Positions 1-10,779 of a stretch of 49,485 nt of DNA are shown here, piece after piece. Each line of letters begins with the position of its first letter. The first letter of the stretch is position 1. The translations under genes and the position numbers were made by a program. The notes beneath the pieces were generated by a model. The model was not told the origin of the DNA. It made no database searches and saw nothing but the letters and a program-made list of their open reading frames with translations. The stretch spans positions 1 through 49,485 of the forward strand of contig MFQC01000004.1 of assembly GCA_001784285.1 (NCBI GenBank), given 5' to 3'. The stretch is from Candidatus Magasanikbacteria bacterium RIFCSPHIGHO2_02_FULL_48_18 (GTDB lineage: Bacteria > Patescibacteriota > Patescibacteriia > Magasanikbacterales > UBA922).

Positions 1-93
1 ACCGCATCTCGGAAAACAGATGCATGGACTGACACCCGAAGAAAAATATCTAACTTTTATTGAAAAGTGTCACCCTTGAAGGTGAACCGTACA
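1..93 (+). mobile_element. Right end of IS481-like insertion sequence (transposase C-terminus 2..79 plus terminal inverted repeat 66..93)
   Basis: The frame from nt 2 reads PHLGKQMHGLTPEEKYLTFIEKCHP*, resembling the RPHxxLxGxTPxE tail of IS481/IS3 integrase-core transposases. The stop lies inside a terminal repeat ending in ACA, whose reverse complement matches 49429..49456 at 22/28 nt. Confidence 0.75.
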
Positions 94-100
94 CAGCCTC

Positions 101-129
101 TTGACACCACGAGACCCCCATGATATGAT
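101..129 (+). promoter_or_regulatory. sigma70 promoter of rpmE
   Basis: TTGACA (101-106), 17 nt spacer, TATGAT (124-129) preceded by TG. Confidence 0.6.
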
Positions 130-139
130 TGATCCACTT

Positions 140-493
140 ATGAAACAAGACATTCATCCACAACTCCACCCGGTCGTGTTTGTTGACACCTCATGCAACG
201 CGGAATTTGTCACGACATCCACCATGACCTCTGAAGAAAAACGGGACATCAACGGAATTCCTCACTCGGTGATCCATCTTGAAATTTCTTCCGCGTCTCA
301 TCCATTTTATACCGGAAAACAAATCCTCGTGGATACGGCTCGCCGCGTTGAAAAATTTGAACAGCGCATGAAACAAAAAACAGAAACCGCATCCGTGCGA
401 AAAGGAAAAAAAGCAAAACGCCTGGCAAAACAACAAAAAGCCGACACAGAGGCACAGCCAGATGCAAAAAAAGACGCATCAGACAACGCGTAG
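140..493 (+). CDS. rpmE: 50S ribosomal protein L31 type B with C-terminal extension
   Basis: MKQDIHP...EISSASHPFYTGKQ...RVEKF signature; start at ATG 140. Confidence 0.93.
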   Translation: MKQDIHPQLHPVVFVDTSCNAEFVTTSTMTSEEKRDINGIPHSVIHLEISSASHPFYTGKQILVDTARRVEKFEQRMKQKTETASVRKGKKAKRLAKQQKADTEAQPDAKKDASDNA

Positions 494-509
494 CAGAACT
501 CCAACAGAG

Positions 510-536
510 GCAGACTTTTTTGAAAGTCTGCTTTTT
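510..536 (+). terminator. Intrinsic terminator after rpmE
   Basis: GCAGACTTT-TTTG-AAAGTCTGC followed by T5. Confidence 0.7.
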
Positions 537-577
537 ATTTGCTGTATTCGTATCTGCTATACTCTATCCATATCCCT

Positions 578-1639
578 ATGATCCACTCTCCCGAATTGAT
601 CATACAACGAAAAAACGACATTGAACGCCTTCTCCAGGATCCGGCGACGCTTGGCGACCCTCAAAAAATAAAAGCGCTTTCGCAAGAATTGACCGAGCTT
701 GAACCAAAGCTCGCGCTGATCCGAGAACTCACTTCCATCGAAAAAGAACTCGAAAGCATCAGCACACTTCTTGAAACCGAAGACGATTCTGACGTCCGTG
801 ATCTTGCGCTTGCGGAACAAAACGAACTGCAACAAAAACGAGAAACAACGCAACGCAACCTCTCGACGGCCCTGCGCCCGACCGACCCGATGGACAAAAA
901 AAATGTTATTGTGGAAATCCGCGCAGGCGCCGGCGGCGATGAAGCCAGTTTATTTGCGGGCGATCTGTTGCGCATGTACATGAAATACGCCGAAAAAAAA
1001 GGCTGGAAAAATTCGCTCCTCAGTGAAAGTCGCATTGGCATCGGGGGCTACAAAGAAATTATTTTTTCCATTTCCGGAACCAGCGTGTACAAGGACATGA
1101 AATATGAAATGGGCGTTCACCGCGTGCAACGCATTCCGGAAACTGAAAAATCCGGGCGCATCCACACATCAACCGCCAGTGTCGCGATTTTGCCGGAAAT
1201 TGAAGAACAGGAAATCCAGATCAATCCCAAAGATCTTCGCATTGATACATTTTGCGCCGGCGGCCATGGCGGCCAAAGCGTCAATACCACCTATAGCGCG
1301 GTCCGCATCACCCATATCCCGACCGGCATCGTCGCTCAATGCCAAGATGAAAAATCCCAGACGCAAAACAGGATAAAAGCAATGAACGTGCTCCGCGCGC
1401 GCATTTATGACATGGAACAAGAAAAAAAACGGGCCAATCTTGAAGCGGCGCGCCGGAAACAAATCGGCACCGGAGATCGAAGTGAAAAAATCCGCACGTA
1501 CAATTTTCCGCAAGACCGCATTACGGACCACCGAATCAAAAAAAGTTGGCATAATATCCAAACCATCCTCAATGGAGACCTCGACGACCTCATTGCATCT
1601 CTCCGGCAGGAAGATTATGCGGCGCAAGATGAATTATAA
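578..1639 (+). CDS. prfA: Peptide chain release factor 1
   Basis: GGQ motif (GHGGQSVN), [14 protein letters not shown] tripeptide (RIPETE), [12 protein letters not shown]. Confidence 0.96.
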   Translation: MIHSPELIIQRKNDIERLLQDPATLGDPQKIKALSQELTELEPKLALIRELTSIEKELESISTLLETEDDSDVRDLALAEQNELQQKRETTQRNLSTALRPTDPMDKKNVIVEIRAGAGGDEASLFAGDLLRMYMKYAEKKGWKNSLLSESRIGIGGYKEIIFSISGTSVYKDMKYEMGVHRVQRIPETEKSGRIHTSTASVAILPEIEEQEIQINPKDLRIDTFCAGGHGGQSVNTTYSAVRITHIPTGIVAQCQDEKSQTQNRIKAMNVLRARIYDMEQEKKRANLEAARRKQIGTGDRSEKIRTYNFPQDRITDHRIKKSWHNIQTILNGDLDDLIASLRQEDYAAQDEL

Positions 1640-3188
1640 TATCCAATCGCCACAACAAAAATCCACATGGCCCGCGCATACAGACATTCTCTTTTTGGGT
1701 GTCCTCGCTTTTGGTGTTGCCATACGACTCTCTTTTCTTCTTCATCGCGGAACATTCTGGTTTGACGAATTTTTTAGCGTGCATTTTGCCGCGCTTCCTT
1801 GGAACGAATTTATCCGATACGCGATTCTTGAGACCAATCCGCCGCTGTTTGCCTTCCTTTTGCGGGCGTACCTCTCTTTGGCGCCGTCCATGACCGAATT
1901 GTGGGTTCGGCTTCCTTCTCTTTTTTTGAATGTGGGATCAATGGGGCTCTTGTATTGGTACGGCGTTACGTTTTTTTCAAAGCGAACCGCCCAATACAGT
2001 ACGATTTTTTTTGCCCTCTCCGGAATCCAACTCTTTCTCGCGACCGAAGCGCGCGCGTATAGCCTGCTTCTTTTTTTAACGCTGTTTTCCATGGCGCTCT
2101 TTACCCAAGAATTCCTCTCTGGCAAACATAGCCGAAGAACACGAATCGGTTTTGGAATCGTGCAATTTTTACTTCTGTTTTCTCACCTCACCGCCATCCT
2201 TATTCCCCTTATACAATGGATGTGCCTCCGCACGACACAGAATGCCAAACAAAACACCAGGCGCTGGCTTGCAACCCACGCGGTGATCCTTCCCTTGTGG
2301 ATCCTCTGGACAGGCATTTCCTTTTTTACAAAACCAAAATCAAGTGTGCTCCAATCCTGGTATCTTGATTCGCTCAATGACACCTCGCACACGTTCTTTG
2401 ACCTTTTGCTGAGCGCGTTTATGAACATGCCAATCACACCGACCATTGCGACGTTGTTTGTCGCCGCAAGTATCGGCATGGGCATTCTCGGATGGCGTTG
2501 TATCAAAAAACAAACTGAAAAAAAATCTCTTTTTCTGTTCATTGCCCTCTCCGCGCTTCTGCCGCCTTTCATTGCGTCGTTCTTTGGCGTGGGAACAACA
2601 AAATATATCAGTATTGCGATTCCGGCGCTCTATCTTCTTGTCGGCGCCATCTTCGACGATCAGATACCCCGCGCAAAAACCGCTCTTTCTTTTGTTATGA
2701 TTGGAGCGCTCTTGGGTCCTGCGGCGACAACGCTCGCCTCGCAGAAAATTTTCTCTTGGCGCGACTATACGCAATATATTGAAATACATGAAACACCGCA
2801 CAGTGTAACGCTCATTGACCCGTTCCAAGAAACACTGCCCTTCAACGCATATTACACCGGAACGCAACCGGTCGTTGGGGTGTATCTCAGAGACGACACA
2901 CTCTCACTTGAGGAACGCATTGTCCGATATAATTGGAATACCCACCCCGTCGCGAATACAGAACTCAAGTCATGGATCAACGCCGCGATTCCTTCCGACG
3001 CCGATACAATATTTTTAATCCAATACGGAGAAGAACATTCCCGCATCCACGATATTCTTTTTGAAAACGGATGGGCAATTCGCGCCATAGTGCCATCCCA
3101 TGGTATTATAAATATCTCTCTTTTTGAATGGTATGCCTCAAACCGTGAAACAACTGCTGAAGCAGGCAAAAAAACACAATCATACTGA
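1629..3188 (+). CDS. Multi-pass membrane glycosyltransferase (GT-C fold, PMT/GT39-like)
   Basis: FWFDE, NPPLF and EARAYSL motifs with many hydrophobic helices; ATG 1629 overlaps the end of prfA. Confidence 0.8.
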   Translation: MNYNIQSPQQKSTWPAHTDILFLGVLAFGVAIRLSFLLHRGTFWFDEFFSVHFAALPWNEFIRYAILETNPPLFAFLLRAYLSLAPSMTELWVRLPSLFLNVGSMGLLYWYGVTFFSKRTAQYSTIFFALSGIQLFLATEARAYSLLLFLTLFSMALFTQEFLSGKHSRRTRIGFGIVQFLLLFSHLTAILIPLIQWMCLRTTQNAKQNTRRWLATHAVILPLWILWTGISFFTKPKSSVLQSWYLDSLNDTSHTFFDLLLSAFMNMPITPTIATLFVAASIGMGILGWRCIKKQTEKKSLFLFIALSALLPPFIASFFGVGTTKYISIAIPALYLLVGAIFDDQIPRAKTALSFVMIGALLGPAATTLASQKIFSWRDYTQYIEIHETPHSVTLIDPFQETLPFNAYYTGTQPVVGVYLRDDTLSLEERIVRYNWNTHPVANTELKSWINAAIPSDADTIFLIQYGEEHSRIHDILFENGWAIRAIVPSHGIINISLFEWYASNRETTAEAGKKTQSY

Positions 3189-4023
3189 CGCGCTCGACGC
3201 AGAATATCTTTTGGCGCACGTTCTTCGCGCGACGAGAGAAGCGGTGCTCGCTCACCCCGAACGGCGCGTCTCGGCTTTTCAGACATGGCAATACCGCCGC
3301 ATGATACAAAAACGCGCCACAGGAATTCCGGTTCATTATCTCGTGAAAAAAGCGGAATTTTATGGCCTTTCTTTTTTCGTTAATGCGCACGTCCTCATCC
3401 CTCGGCCATCGACAGAAACACTGGCCGAAGCCGCAACGGCATTGATAAGCGAGTATGCCGCCCATCCGGATCACATGCTTTTTATGGATATTGGAACCGG
3501 TTCTGGCGCTATTCCCATTGCCGTTCTCCGCTCGTTGCCGCCAAAAATCAGCCATCCCGCTACCATCGCAACCGATATTTCTCGAAACGCTCTTGCGGTC
3601 GCCAAAAAAAATGCAAAGATGCACGGACTTGCAATCACATTCCTTCACGGACACCTGCTAAGGCCGGTGATGCGCGACTGGCACAAAACATACGGCCACA
3701 TACGGCATATTATTCTCACCGCAAATCTCCCCTACCTCACCAAAGAAGAAATCAAAGAATCAAACACGATCCGCCACGAACCCCTCATTTCATTGTGGGG
3801 GCCGGAAAATGGATTGGGGTGGTATCGCGCACTGCTTGAGCAAATGACGGACGTATGGAGCATGCCAATCGAATCTTTCACCGCTTTTTTTGAGATGAAT
3901 CCGCACCAAATGGCGGAAGCGAGCGCCATGGTCCTCGCGCATTTTCCTTCTGCGCATATTGCCATTGAAAAAGATTTGGGCGGTCTCGACCGCATGCTTC
4001 GCGTAGAAATCGCCAAACCGTAA
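3133..4023 (+). CDS. prmC: Release factor glutamine methyltransferase HemK/PrmC
   Basis: VLIPRPSTE, DIGTGSG SAM-binding motif, NLPY catalytic motif. Confidence 0.92.
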   Translation: MPQTVKQLLKQAKKHNHTDALDAEYLLAHVLRATREAVLAHPERRVSAFQTWQYRRMIQKRATGIPVHYLVKKAEFYGLSFFVNAHVLIPRPSTETLAEAATALISEYAAHPDHMLFMDIGTGSGAIPIAVLRSLPPKISHPATIATDISRNALAVAKKNAKMHGLAITFLHGHLLRPVMRDWHKTYGHIRHIILTANLPYLTKEEIKESNTIRHEPLISLWGPENGLGWYRALLEQMTDVWSMPIESFTAFFEMNPHQMAEASAMVLAHFPSAHIAIEKDLGGLDRMLRVEIAKP

Positions 4024-4035
4024 CCGCCGCGTTTT

Positions 4036-5160
4036 CTACTCTTCATTTTTCCCAAAAGAAAGACTCCCGTGCTGATTCAACACTTCAATCCAAATTTTTC
4101 CTGGATTGAGCGGAATGACATCTCCATTCGTGTCTCGCCACTCGGTCCGGTCTGACGCGCTTTGTTTTTTCCATACGCCCTCAATCATGCGCCCATCGCG
4201 AAACACCACGGCACGGCCCTCTCCAACCGTCTCCATGCCGAGCCGCCCGATGGCGTCGAGAACCGTGGTTGTCACAAATTGCACAACGACCGTATCCGCG
4301 AGTATAGGGTTTCCTCCTTCATCGGTCTGTTTTCCTTCGACTTGGTATCGTTCATATTGGTTGGTTGAAGTCGCATATCGCCAGATTGCTTCATACACCG
4401 ACCCGTTGAATGTTGTCGTAAAGACATCCGCGCAAGAAGCGAGTGAATCGGTCAATTCGTCGCACGGACTCATTGCGCCAAACGACCATCCATCAAAGGT
4501 GCTTGTTGCGGCAAATGCGTCATAATCGGCAAATGCGGTATTCCATAGTTTGCTCGAGGTGTACACATTGTGGGGCGCAAAACGGCCGTCATCGCGCCAA
4601 TAATACCACCCGCGATAAAACTCATTGAGGTCATGGACGCCCCACGCTTCGATGCGATCCAAAGCGTCCTGAGAGCCGCCAACATGCATATAGAGCGGTG
4701 TCCCATATTCGCGCAACCAATCCACATAATATGGCCGCGCGCTTCGGACAGGCCCTACCTTTTCGCTCTCCGCATTTGCTGGAAATATGGCGAGAAACCG
4801 AGAAAAATTTGCTTCAACCGGCGCTTCGTAGACAACCGATGCTTCGTGGATGCCGGACAAAGGCCGCGCGTCCCAATGATTTTCAATCATGACTGCCACC
4901 AAAAGCGGGTATGCATCTTCTTGTGAAGAAACGCACACGCCATCGAGCGCGCGGCGAAACGGACAAACCCCCTCGGTATTTTCAAGAACAATATTTTCTG
5001 AGGATACAACCGCCGACTCACGGCTGGTCAGCCCGCGTGCAAAAAACCATACGCTGAGCGCCGCCGCAACACAAACAAAAAATGCCAGGCCGGCAAGGAG
5101 ATATGTATTTTTCTGAAAAAGATGGGAAAGAGAAATGAACAATTTTTTTTTGGACGGCAT
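4036..5160 (-). CDS. DUF3048-family membrane-anchored protein
   Basis: N-terminal TM helix; VMIEN..ARP.SG..A..VYE..VE..SR, GPVRSAR, RFAPHNVY and PGKIWIEV motifs. Confidence 0.8.
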   Translation of the reverse strand: MPSKKKLFISLSHLFQKNTYLLAGLAFFVCVAAALSVWFFARGLTSRESAVVSSENIVLENTEGVCPFRRALDGVCVSSQEDAYPLLVAVMIENHWDARPLSGIHEASVVYEAPVEANFSRFLAIFPANAESEKVGPVRSARPYYVDWLREYGTPLYMHVGGSQDALDRIEAWGVHDLNEFYRGWYYWRDDGRFAPHNVYTSSKLWNTAFADYDAFAATSTFDGWSFGAMSPCDELTDSLASCADVFTTTFNGSVYEAIWRYATSTNQYERYQVEGKQTDEGGNPILADTVVVQFVTTTVLDAIGRLGMETVGEGRAVVFRDGRMIEGVWKKQSASDRTEWRDTNGDVIPLNPGKIWIEVLNQHGSLSFGKNEE

Positions 5161-5198
5161 ACAAAAAATCAAATGTCAAACGTTGTGTCCCCATACTA

Positions 5199-5235
5199 CC
5201 AAAAAAGAAGCCGCGTGAAAAGCGGCTTCTTTGGT
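5199..5235 (-). terminator. Terminator downstream of rplY
   Basis: AAAGAAGCCGC...GCGGCTTCTTT hairpin with a U-run on the minus strand. Confidence 0.6.
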
Positions 5236-5258
5236 AAGATGAAATGACAAGAGAAACG

Positions 5259-5936
5259 CTATTCGTTTGCTTTTTTGGCCTCGGCCTCGGCTTCGCCTGC
5301 CTCTTCTTCCTTCTTCTTTGCTTCCACTTCAACCGTATCAATGCTTCCAATTTGCGATTCCTCCATCGCTTTCAACTGTTCTTCCGAGAGCGGCGCAGAA
5401 ACCTTGACCACCAATTCATCGAGAGAACTGGTAATTTCAATCCCGGGGGGAACGACCAAATCTTTTACATACAGAAAATCAGTAAATGTTTTGAGCACGC
5501 TCACATCAACCACAAGAGACGAGACCAAATCTTTTGGCAAGCATTTGACATCGACGGACGCGACGCCCTTTTGGAGGGTGCCGCCAAGCGCTTTCACAGC
5601 CATGGATTCTCCGACAAATTCCAATTCAATCGTGGCATGCATTTGCTCTCGCATGTTGATTCGGCGAAAATCAACATGAATAATGGATTGCTTCACCGGA
5701 TCGTACTGCACATCCTGGATCAATACTTTGGAGGGCTCCCCTTCCCCTTCCACCGACAAATCAACCAAACTCGATTCGCCCGCTTCATGATACAATTTTT
5801 CAAACGGCACGCGCTCGACCGATAAAACAACCGGCTCTGTTCCCGGCCCGTACAATACGGACGGCACCCGTCCGGAAGCGCGAAGGGCTACCGCGTCTCC
5901 TTTGTTTCTTTTTTTGGTCTGAAGTTCAAACGTCAT
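5259..5936 (-). CDS. rplY: 50S ribosomal protein L25/Ctc
   Basis: LRASGRVPSVLYG, DVQYDPV..IIHVDF, acidic C-terminal tail. Confidence 0.93.
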   Translation of the reverse strand: MTFELQTKKRNKGDAVALRASGRVPSVLYGPGTEPVVLSVERVPFEKLYHEAGESSLVDLSVEGEGEPSKVLIQDVQYDPVKQSIIHVDFRRINMREQMHATIELEFVGESMAVKALGGTLQKGVASVDVKCLPKDLVSSLVVDVSVLKTFTDFLYVKDLVVPPGIEITSSLDELVVKVSAPLSEEQLKAMEESQIGSIDTVEVEAKKKEEEAGEAEAEAKKANE

Positions 5937-5965
5937 AACAATGCGGATAAACGAAAAAGACAAAA

Positions 5966-6355
5966 TTAGTGGGCGCGCGAACGCGCGCGGCATACCGAAT
6001 GGCCAAACTGTTTTCCCTGCTTATGCAATACCGTATGAAAGGACAACACATCATCTTCGGCCAACGATTCGGCGCTGTAAAAGCGCACGACATCTTCTGC
6101 GGTTAAATCGGTGTACAATCCTACCGAACTGACGCCGAGTTCCGAAACGGCCAAAATCGCAAGCACGGCATTGCGGCACTGAGAACAGGTAATATGCACC
6201 AGCTCAATCGGCCGCTCTTCATACAAGACGTGAACCCGCGCTTCGCGTTCGTATTCTTTTTTGCACAACGGACAATGGCGCATAAACAGAAGCTTCTCTT
6301 GCAGTCGGCGCAACAAAGAAGAATCTGGCGGTACTTTCTTTTCATGTGACTTCAT
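5966..6355 (-). CDS. Hypothetical protein with two CxxC pairs (possible Zn ribbon)
   Basis: CPLC...CSQC; co-oriented between rodA and rplY. Confidence 0.65.
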   Translation of the reverse strand: MKSHEKKVPPDSSLLRRLQEKLLFMRHCPLCKKEYEREARVHVLYEERPIELVHITCSQCRNAVLAILAVSELGVSSVGLYTDLTAEDVVRFYSAESLAEDDVLSFHTVLHKQGKQFGHSVCRARSRAH

Positions 6356-6471
6356 ATACCATCAAAAACGTGCCACATGCTCGAAAACTCTCTCGAGAAA
6401 TGTGACGCAAACTATATCAAAAGTATATCAGACTGTCAAGATCACGGCAACCCCTCGCCGATAACGGCGCA

Positions 6472-7575
6472 TTATGCTCTGCCAAACCGAAAGACGCTTT
6501 CCGCAACGCCGATCAAGAGACAATTGATGAGAAGCGACGACCCACCATAACTCAAAAACGGCAACGGAATGCCAGTCACCGGAAACAATCCGATGGCCGC
6601 GCACATATTAATAACCGTCTGAACAAAAAACAGAACGCTCACGCCAAGAACCGTGTACGTGGCAAAATCATCCCTTCCGTGAAGGGCAATCTGAATCAAC
6701 CGAAAAAATAAAACCAAATACAAAAGCAACACAATGCCAACCCCCACAAAACCAAGCTCTTCTCCGATGACAGAAAAAATGAAATCGGTTTGCGCTTCCG
6801 GCAAAAAATGCAACTGGCTCTGCGACCCAAATCCCAACCCCCGGCCAAAAAAATTCCCCGAGCCAATCGCAATGAGCGACTGCATCACATTATATCCCGA
6901 ACCCAAAGGGTCGCGCTCCGGGTGAAGAAACGTAAAAATCCGTTCCTTCTGGTACGGGGCGAAAAAAAAGAACCACGCAAGAATCGCCGCTCCAACGCCA
7001 AGCGCAATCAGCGTGCCGATATAGCGCCATTTTGTCTTGCTTAAGAGAAGCAGACCGAACCAAATGCTTCCAATGATAAGCGCGGACCCGAGATCCGGCT
7101 GAAACAACACAGGAACAATCAAGAGCGCCGTCACCATGCCGGTCGAAACCACGAACTGCCAGGCATAAAACTGGCGTTTAAACCGCGCAATGCGGTAGGC
7201 GAGAAAAAGAATCAATCCCAATTTTGCAAATTCCACCGGCTGAAAAGAAAAACCAGCGACACGAAACCACCCTGTTGTCCCCCGGATCGTCGTGCCAAAA
7301 AACAATACCAACACCAACAGAACGAGTGCTCCGGCATACACGACAGGCGCAAACGACTGATACGCGCGGACATGAATGAGCGATCCGCCAAAAATGCACA
7401 GGAGCCCAAGAAAGAGCGCCACGGCTTGTTTTGGAAAAAATTGTAGCGTTTCGCCACGAGACAAGTCAACGCTATACATTGCGGCAAGACCGATCATGCT
7501 CAATACAAACACCACCAGGACAAGCACCCAATCAAAATGGCGAGACGAAAAACCATCAAGGAAAGAAAAGCGCAT
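6472..7575 (-). CDS. rodA: SEDS peptidoglycan polymerase RodA
   Basis: FQPVEFAK, QPDLG, GYNVMQSLIAIGSG, LPEAQTDFIF, GIPLPFLSYGGSS. Confidence 0.9.
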   Translation of the reverse strand: MRFSFLDGFSSRHFDWVLVLVVFVLSMIGLAAMYSVDLSRGETLQFFPKQAVALFLGLLCIFGGSLIHVRAYQSFAPVVYAGALVLLVLVLFFGTTIRGTTGWFRVAGFSFQPVEFAKLGLILFLAYRIARFKRQFYAWQFVVSTGMVTALLIVPVLFQPDLGSALIIGSIWFGLLLLSKTKWRYIGTLIALGVGAAILAWFFFFAPYQKERIFTFLHPERDPLGSGYNVMQSLIAIGSGNFFGRGLGFGSQSQLHFLPEAQTDFIFSVIGEELGFVGVGIVLLLYLVLFFRLIQIALHGRDDFATYTVLGVSVLFFVQTVINMCAAIGLFPVTGIPLPFLSYGGSSLLINCLLIGVAESVFRFGRA

Positions 7576-7592
7576 GGAACAAAAAATTGCGC

Positions 7593-8507
7593 CTACACGG
7601 ATGGCACCATAAATTCTTCCTCATGGAAGGGATTCATGAGCGGCGTAACGCGCACATCGGTTACCGTAACAGGATCTTGAAAAAGACGCAAGCTCACGGA
7701 CGCAGTGTGTTGGGCGGGAAACGGATTGAGAAACACTGTCGTCACGCCGACAGGAGTATCCTGGTCCAAAAATTCAACTGCAAACACGCCATTCCAATAC
7801 CCATACGCTGTATCATTGGCAATGTCAAAGGAAACAATATGCGCGGGGATATCCGCAACCATGCTCTTCCGCACAAAAGAGACCTGGCTCACGGACACCT
7901 GCAGTCGGTCCTGAATATATCGAGGCACATCCACAATATCATGCGGCGAAACACGGTCCCAATGGATCGAGACGAGAGAAAGGCGAGCCGAAGAAATCGG
8001 CCCTTCAAGCGCATATCCGAGAAAAAAAATAGGTTGTTCTTGCCCGGGGAGAATCGTCGCGGTTTTTGGCTCGGTCGCACCCGAACCAAAGACAAACTGA
8101 TACTCAATCGTTGCAACATGACGCACATTCGGGTTGAACACATGGGCGGAAAAATCAATCTTGCCTTCGGTGCTCGGAAAAGAAGACACGCGAGAAATCT
8201 GAAGGCTCTTTGCCTGGTAAAAGGGCTTGGTTTGTTCAAAATTAGGAAATGACCGAACCCTCGCGAAGACAAGCGACACCTCCTCGCCATACCCCACCAA
8301 CAGATATTCGGCCCAGGCGTATACGCCATAGGCATTCAATCCAATGCCAACAAACAACAAAAACCCAATGAATGCGTTCCTCAACCATACTTTGTGGCGC
8401 ACATACCACTCTGCAAGCCAAAAATCTCGAGGACCCAAATCGGCCAGCGGACTTTGATATCGGAGTATTTTTGATTTTTCTTTTTTGGTATTTCCAAACA
8501 GTCCCAT
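7593..8507 (-). CDS. Hypothetical single-TM protein with beta-rich extracytoplasmic domain
   Basis: Long ORF co-oriented with rodA; TM segment AFIGFLLFVGIGLNAYGV. Confidence 0.65.
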   Translation of the reverse strand: MGLFGNTKKEKSKILRYQSPLADLGPRDFWLAEWYVRHKVWLRNAFIGFLLFVGIGLNAYGVYAWAEYLLVGYGEEVSLVFARVRSFPNFEQTKPFYQAKSLQISRVSSFPSTEGKIDFSAHVFNPNVRHVATIEYQFVFGSGATEPKTATILPGQEQPIFFLGYALEGPISSARLSLVSIHWDRVSPHDIVDVPRYIQDRLQVSVSQVSFVRKSMVADIPAHIVSFDIANDTAYGYWNGVFAVEFLDQDTPVGVTTVFLNPFPAQHTASVSLRLFQDPVTVTDVRVTPLMNPFHEEEFMVPSV

Positions 8508-8654
8508 ACCGCAAAAAAACATTTTTGTTGGAGTATAGTATAGCGCACATCGCCTGCTTTTACCAAAAAAAGACAGCTATTTTTCGCTTGCGATTGTCGC
8601 GTCGGTGTGATACACTCATCCTGTTTTTCATTGCACTCAACGCACCTCTCTCCT

Positions 8655-10766
8655 ATGCCAAAACAGCGAACCACAAAAGGAAGAATTCCCATTGTCAAAA
8701 CGCAAGCGCCAAAACAAACCGGCGAATACAGCGCAAAAAATATTACCGTCCTTGAAGGATTGGATGCCGTTCGAAAACGACCGGGCATGTATATCGGTTC
8801 GACCGGAAGCCGCGGATTGCATCACATGATTTGGGAAGTGGTGGACAATGCCTTCGACGAGGCCATGGCCGGCTATTGCACGCATATTACCCTGCGGCTC
8901 CTTCCCGGCCATTGGATTTCCGTTGCCGATAACGGGCGCGGCATCCCCGTTGATATGCACCCAAAAAAAAAGGTGAGCGCGCTTGAAGTGGTCATGACGC
9001 AACTCCACGCGGGAGGAAAATTTGGCGATGGCGGCTATAAAGTTTCCGGCGGACTCCATGGGGTTGGCGTGTCCGTCGTGAACGCGCTTTCAACCGACGT
9101 GCGCGCGGAAGTGCATCGAGAAGGAAAAATCTGGGTGCAAGAATACAAAAATGGCGGAAAACCAAAAACAAAAATAAAAGCCATCGGCAAAACCAAAACA
9201 ACAGGGACGACGATTTCTTTCCATGCCGATCCTGCCGTATTTGAAAATCTCAATTTTCACTGGAAAACCATTATTGACCACCTCCGACAGCAAGCCTACC
9301 TCACCAAAGGCGTCCATATCGCCATTATTGACGAACGGCCCGAAGAAGAAAAAGCATCCGACGATTCGGCGGTGCCTTTCCCAAACGCGGCCTACCAATT
9401 CTATTTTGAAGGAGGCATCGCAAGCTACGTCAAACACATCAACAAAAATAAAGAAATGAAACATGACACCGTGTTTTACGCGGAAAAAGAAAGCGACGGC
9501 GTTTTGGTGGAAGTGGCGCTCCAGTATACCAATGATTACTCTGAATCCTTATTTGCGTTTGCAAACAACATTATCAATCCGGACGGGGGCATGCATGTGG
9601 CAGGGTTTCGCGCCGCGCTCACGAGAACCCTCAATGCCTATGCCCGAAACAAAAACATTCTCAAAGAAAAAGATGCCAACCTTTCCGGAGAAGACGTCCG
9701 CGAAGGGCTGACCGCCATCATTTCAGTCAAAATTCCAGATCCGCAATTTGAAGGACAAACCAAATCCAAATTGGGAAATCCGGAAGTCAAAACCGCAGTC
9801 GAAGCGGTGTTTGGCGATTCGTTCATGATCTTTCTGGAAGAGCACCCCCGAGACGCGGAAGGCATTATCGGCAAATGTTTGCTGGCGGCAAAAGCGCGCC
9901 AAGCGGCAAAAATCGCGCGAGACACGGTTCTTAGAAAAAGCGCGCTCGAAGGATTTACGCTTCCCGGAAAACTGGCCGATTGCTCCAGTAAAAACACCGA
10001 AGAATGCGAGCTCTATATTGTCGAGGGAGACTCGGCCGGAGGCTCGGCAAAACAAGGACGCGATCGAAACACGCAAGCCATCCTTCCTCTGCGCGGAAAA
10101 GTCCTCAATGTGGAACGCGCGCGGCTTGATAAAATTTTGACAAACAATGAATTGAAATCACTCATCATTGCGCTTGGCACGAACGTGGGAGAAATGTTTG
10201 ACGCAAGCAAGCTCCGGTATGACCGCATCATCATTATGACCGATGCGGACGTTGACGGATCACACATCCGGACCCTGCTTCTCACATTATTTTTCCGCTA
10301 TTTTCCCTCACTGATCTACGAAGGGCACATTTATATTGCTCAGCCGCCCTTGTTTAGCATCAAATCAGGCAAAGACATCGCCTGGCTCTACAATGAAGAA
10401 GCGCTCGACGCGTACAAAAAGAAACACGGGGTGACTGATGAAGATATCATTGTAACCGAACAAGATGCCGAAGAAGAAACAGAGAATGAAAAAAGTCAAA
10501 AGTCAAAGACCAAAGGCCTGCCTGCCGGCAAGGCAAGTCAAAAATTAAAATTGAACATTCAGCGCTACAAAGGTTTGGGAGAAATGAATCCCGAACAATT
10601 GTGGGAAACCACTATGAACCCAAAAACCCGCGTCATGAAAAAAGTGACCATAGAAGACGGAGAAAAAGCAAGCGAAATTTTTGATATCCTCATGGGAAGC
10701 GAAGTTGCGCCGCGAAAAAAATTTATTCAAACTCACGCCAAAAGCGTCAAAAATCTTGATATTTAA
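8655..10766 (+). CDS. gyrB: DNA gyrase subunit B
   Basis: AVRKRPGMYIG, GGLHGVG, EGDSAGG, PLRGK, MTDADVDG, RYKGLGEM. Confidence 0.97.
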   Translation: MPKQRTTKGRIPIVKTQAPKQTGEYSAKNITVLEGLDAVRKRPGMYIGSTGSRGLHHMIWEVVDNAFDEAMAGYCTHITLRLLPGHWISVADNGRGIPVDMHPKKKVSALEVVMTQLHAGGKFGDGGYKVSGGLHGVGVSVVNALSTDVRAEVHREGKIWVQEYKNGGKPKTKIKAIGKTKTTGTTISFHADPAVFENLNFHWKTIIDHLRQQAYLTKGVHIAIIDERPEEEKASDDSAVPFPNAAYQFYFEGGIASYVKHINKNKEMKHDTVFYAEKESDGVLVEVALQYTNDYSESLFAFANNIINPDGGMHVAGFRAALTRTLNAYARNKNILKEKDANLSGEDVREGLTAIISVKIPDPQFEGQTKSKLGNPEVKTAVEAVFGDSFMIFLEEHPRDAEGIIGKCLLAAKARQAAKIARDTVLRKSALEGFTLPGKLADCSSKNTEECELYIVEGDSAGGSAKQGRDRNTQAILPLRGKVLNVERARLDKILTNNELKSLIIALGTNVGEMFDASKLRYDRIIIMTDADVDGSHIRTLLLTLFFRYFPSLIYEGHIYIAQPPLFSIKSGKDIAWLYNEEALDAYKKKHGVTDEDIIVTEQDAEEETENEKSQKSKTKGLPAGKASQKLKLNIQRYKGLGEMNPEQLWETTMNPKTRVMKKVTIEDGEKASEIFDILMGSEVAPRKKFIQTHAKSVKNLDI

Positions 10767-10779
10767 TCGCCCTCTCCGT

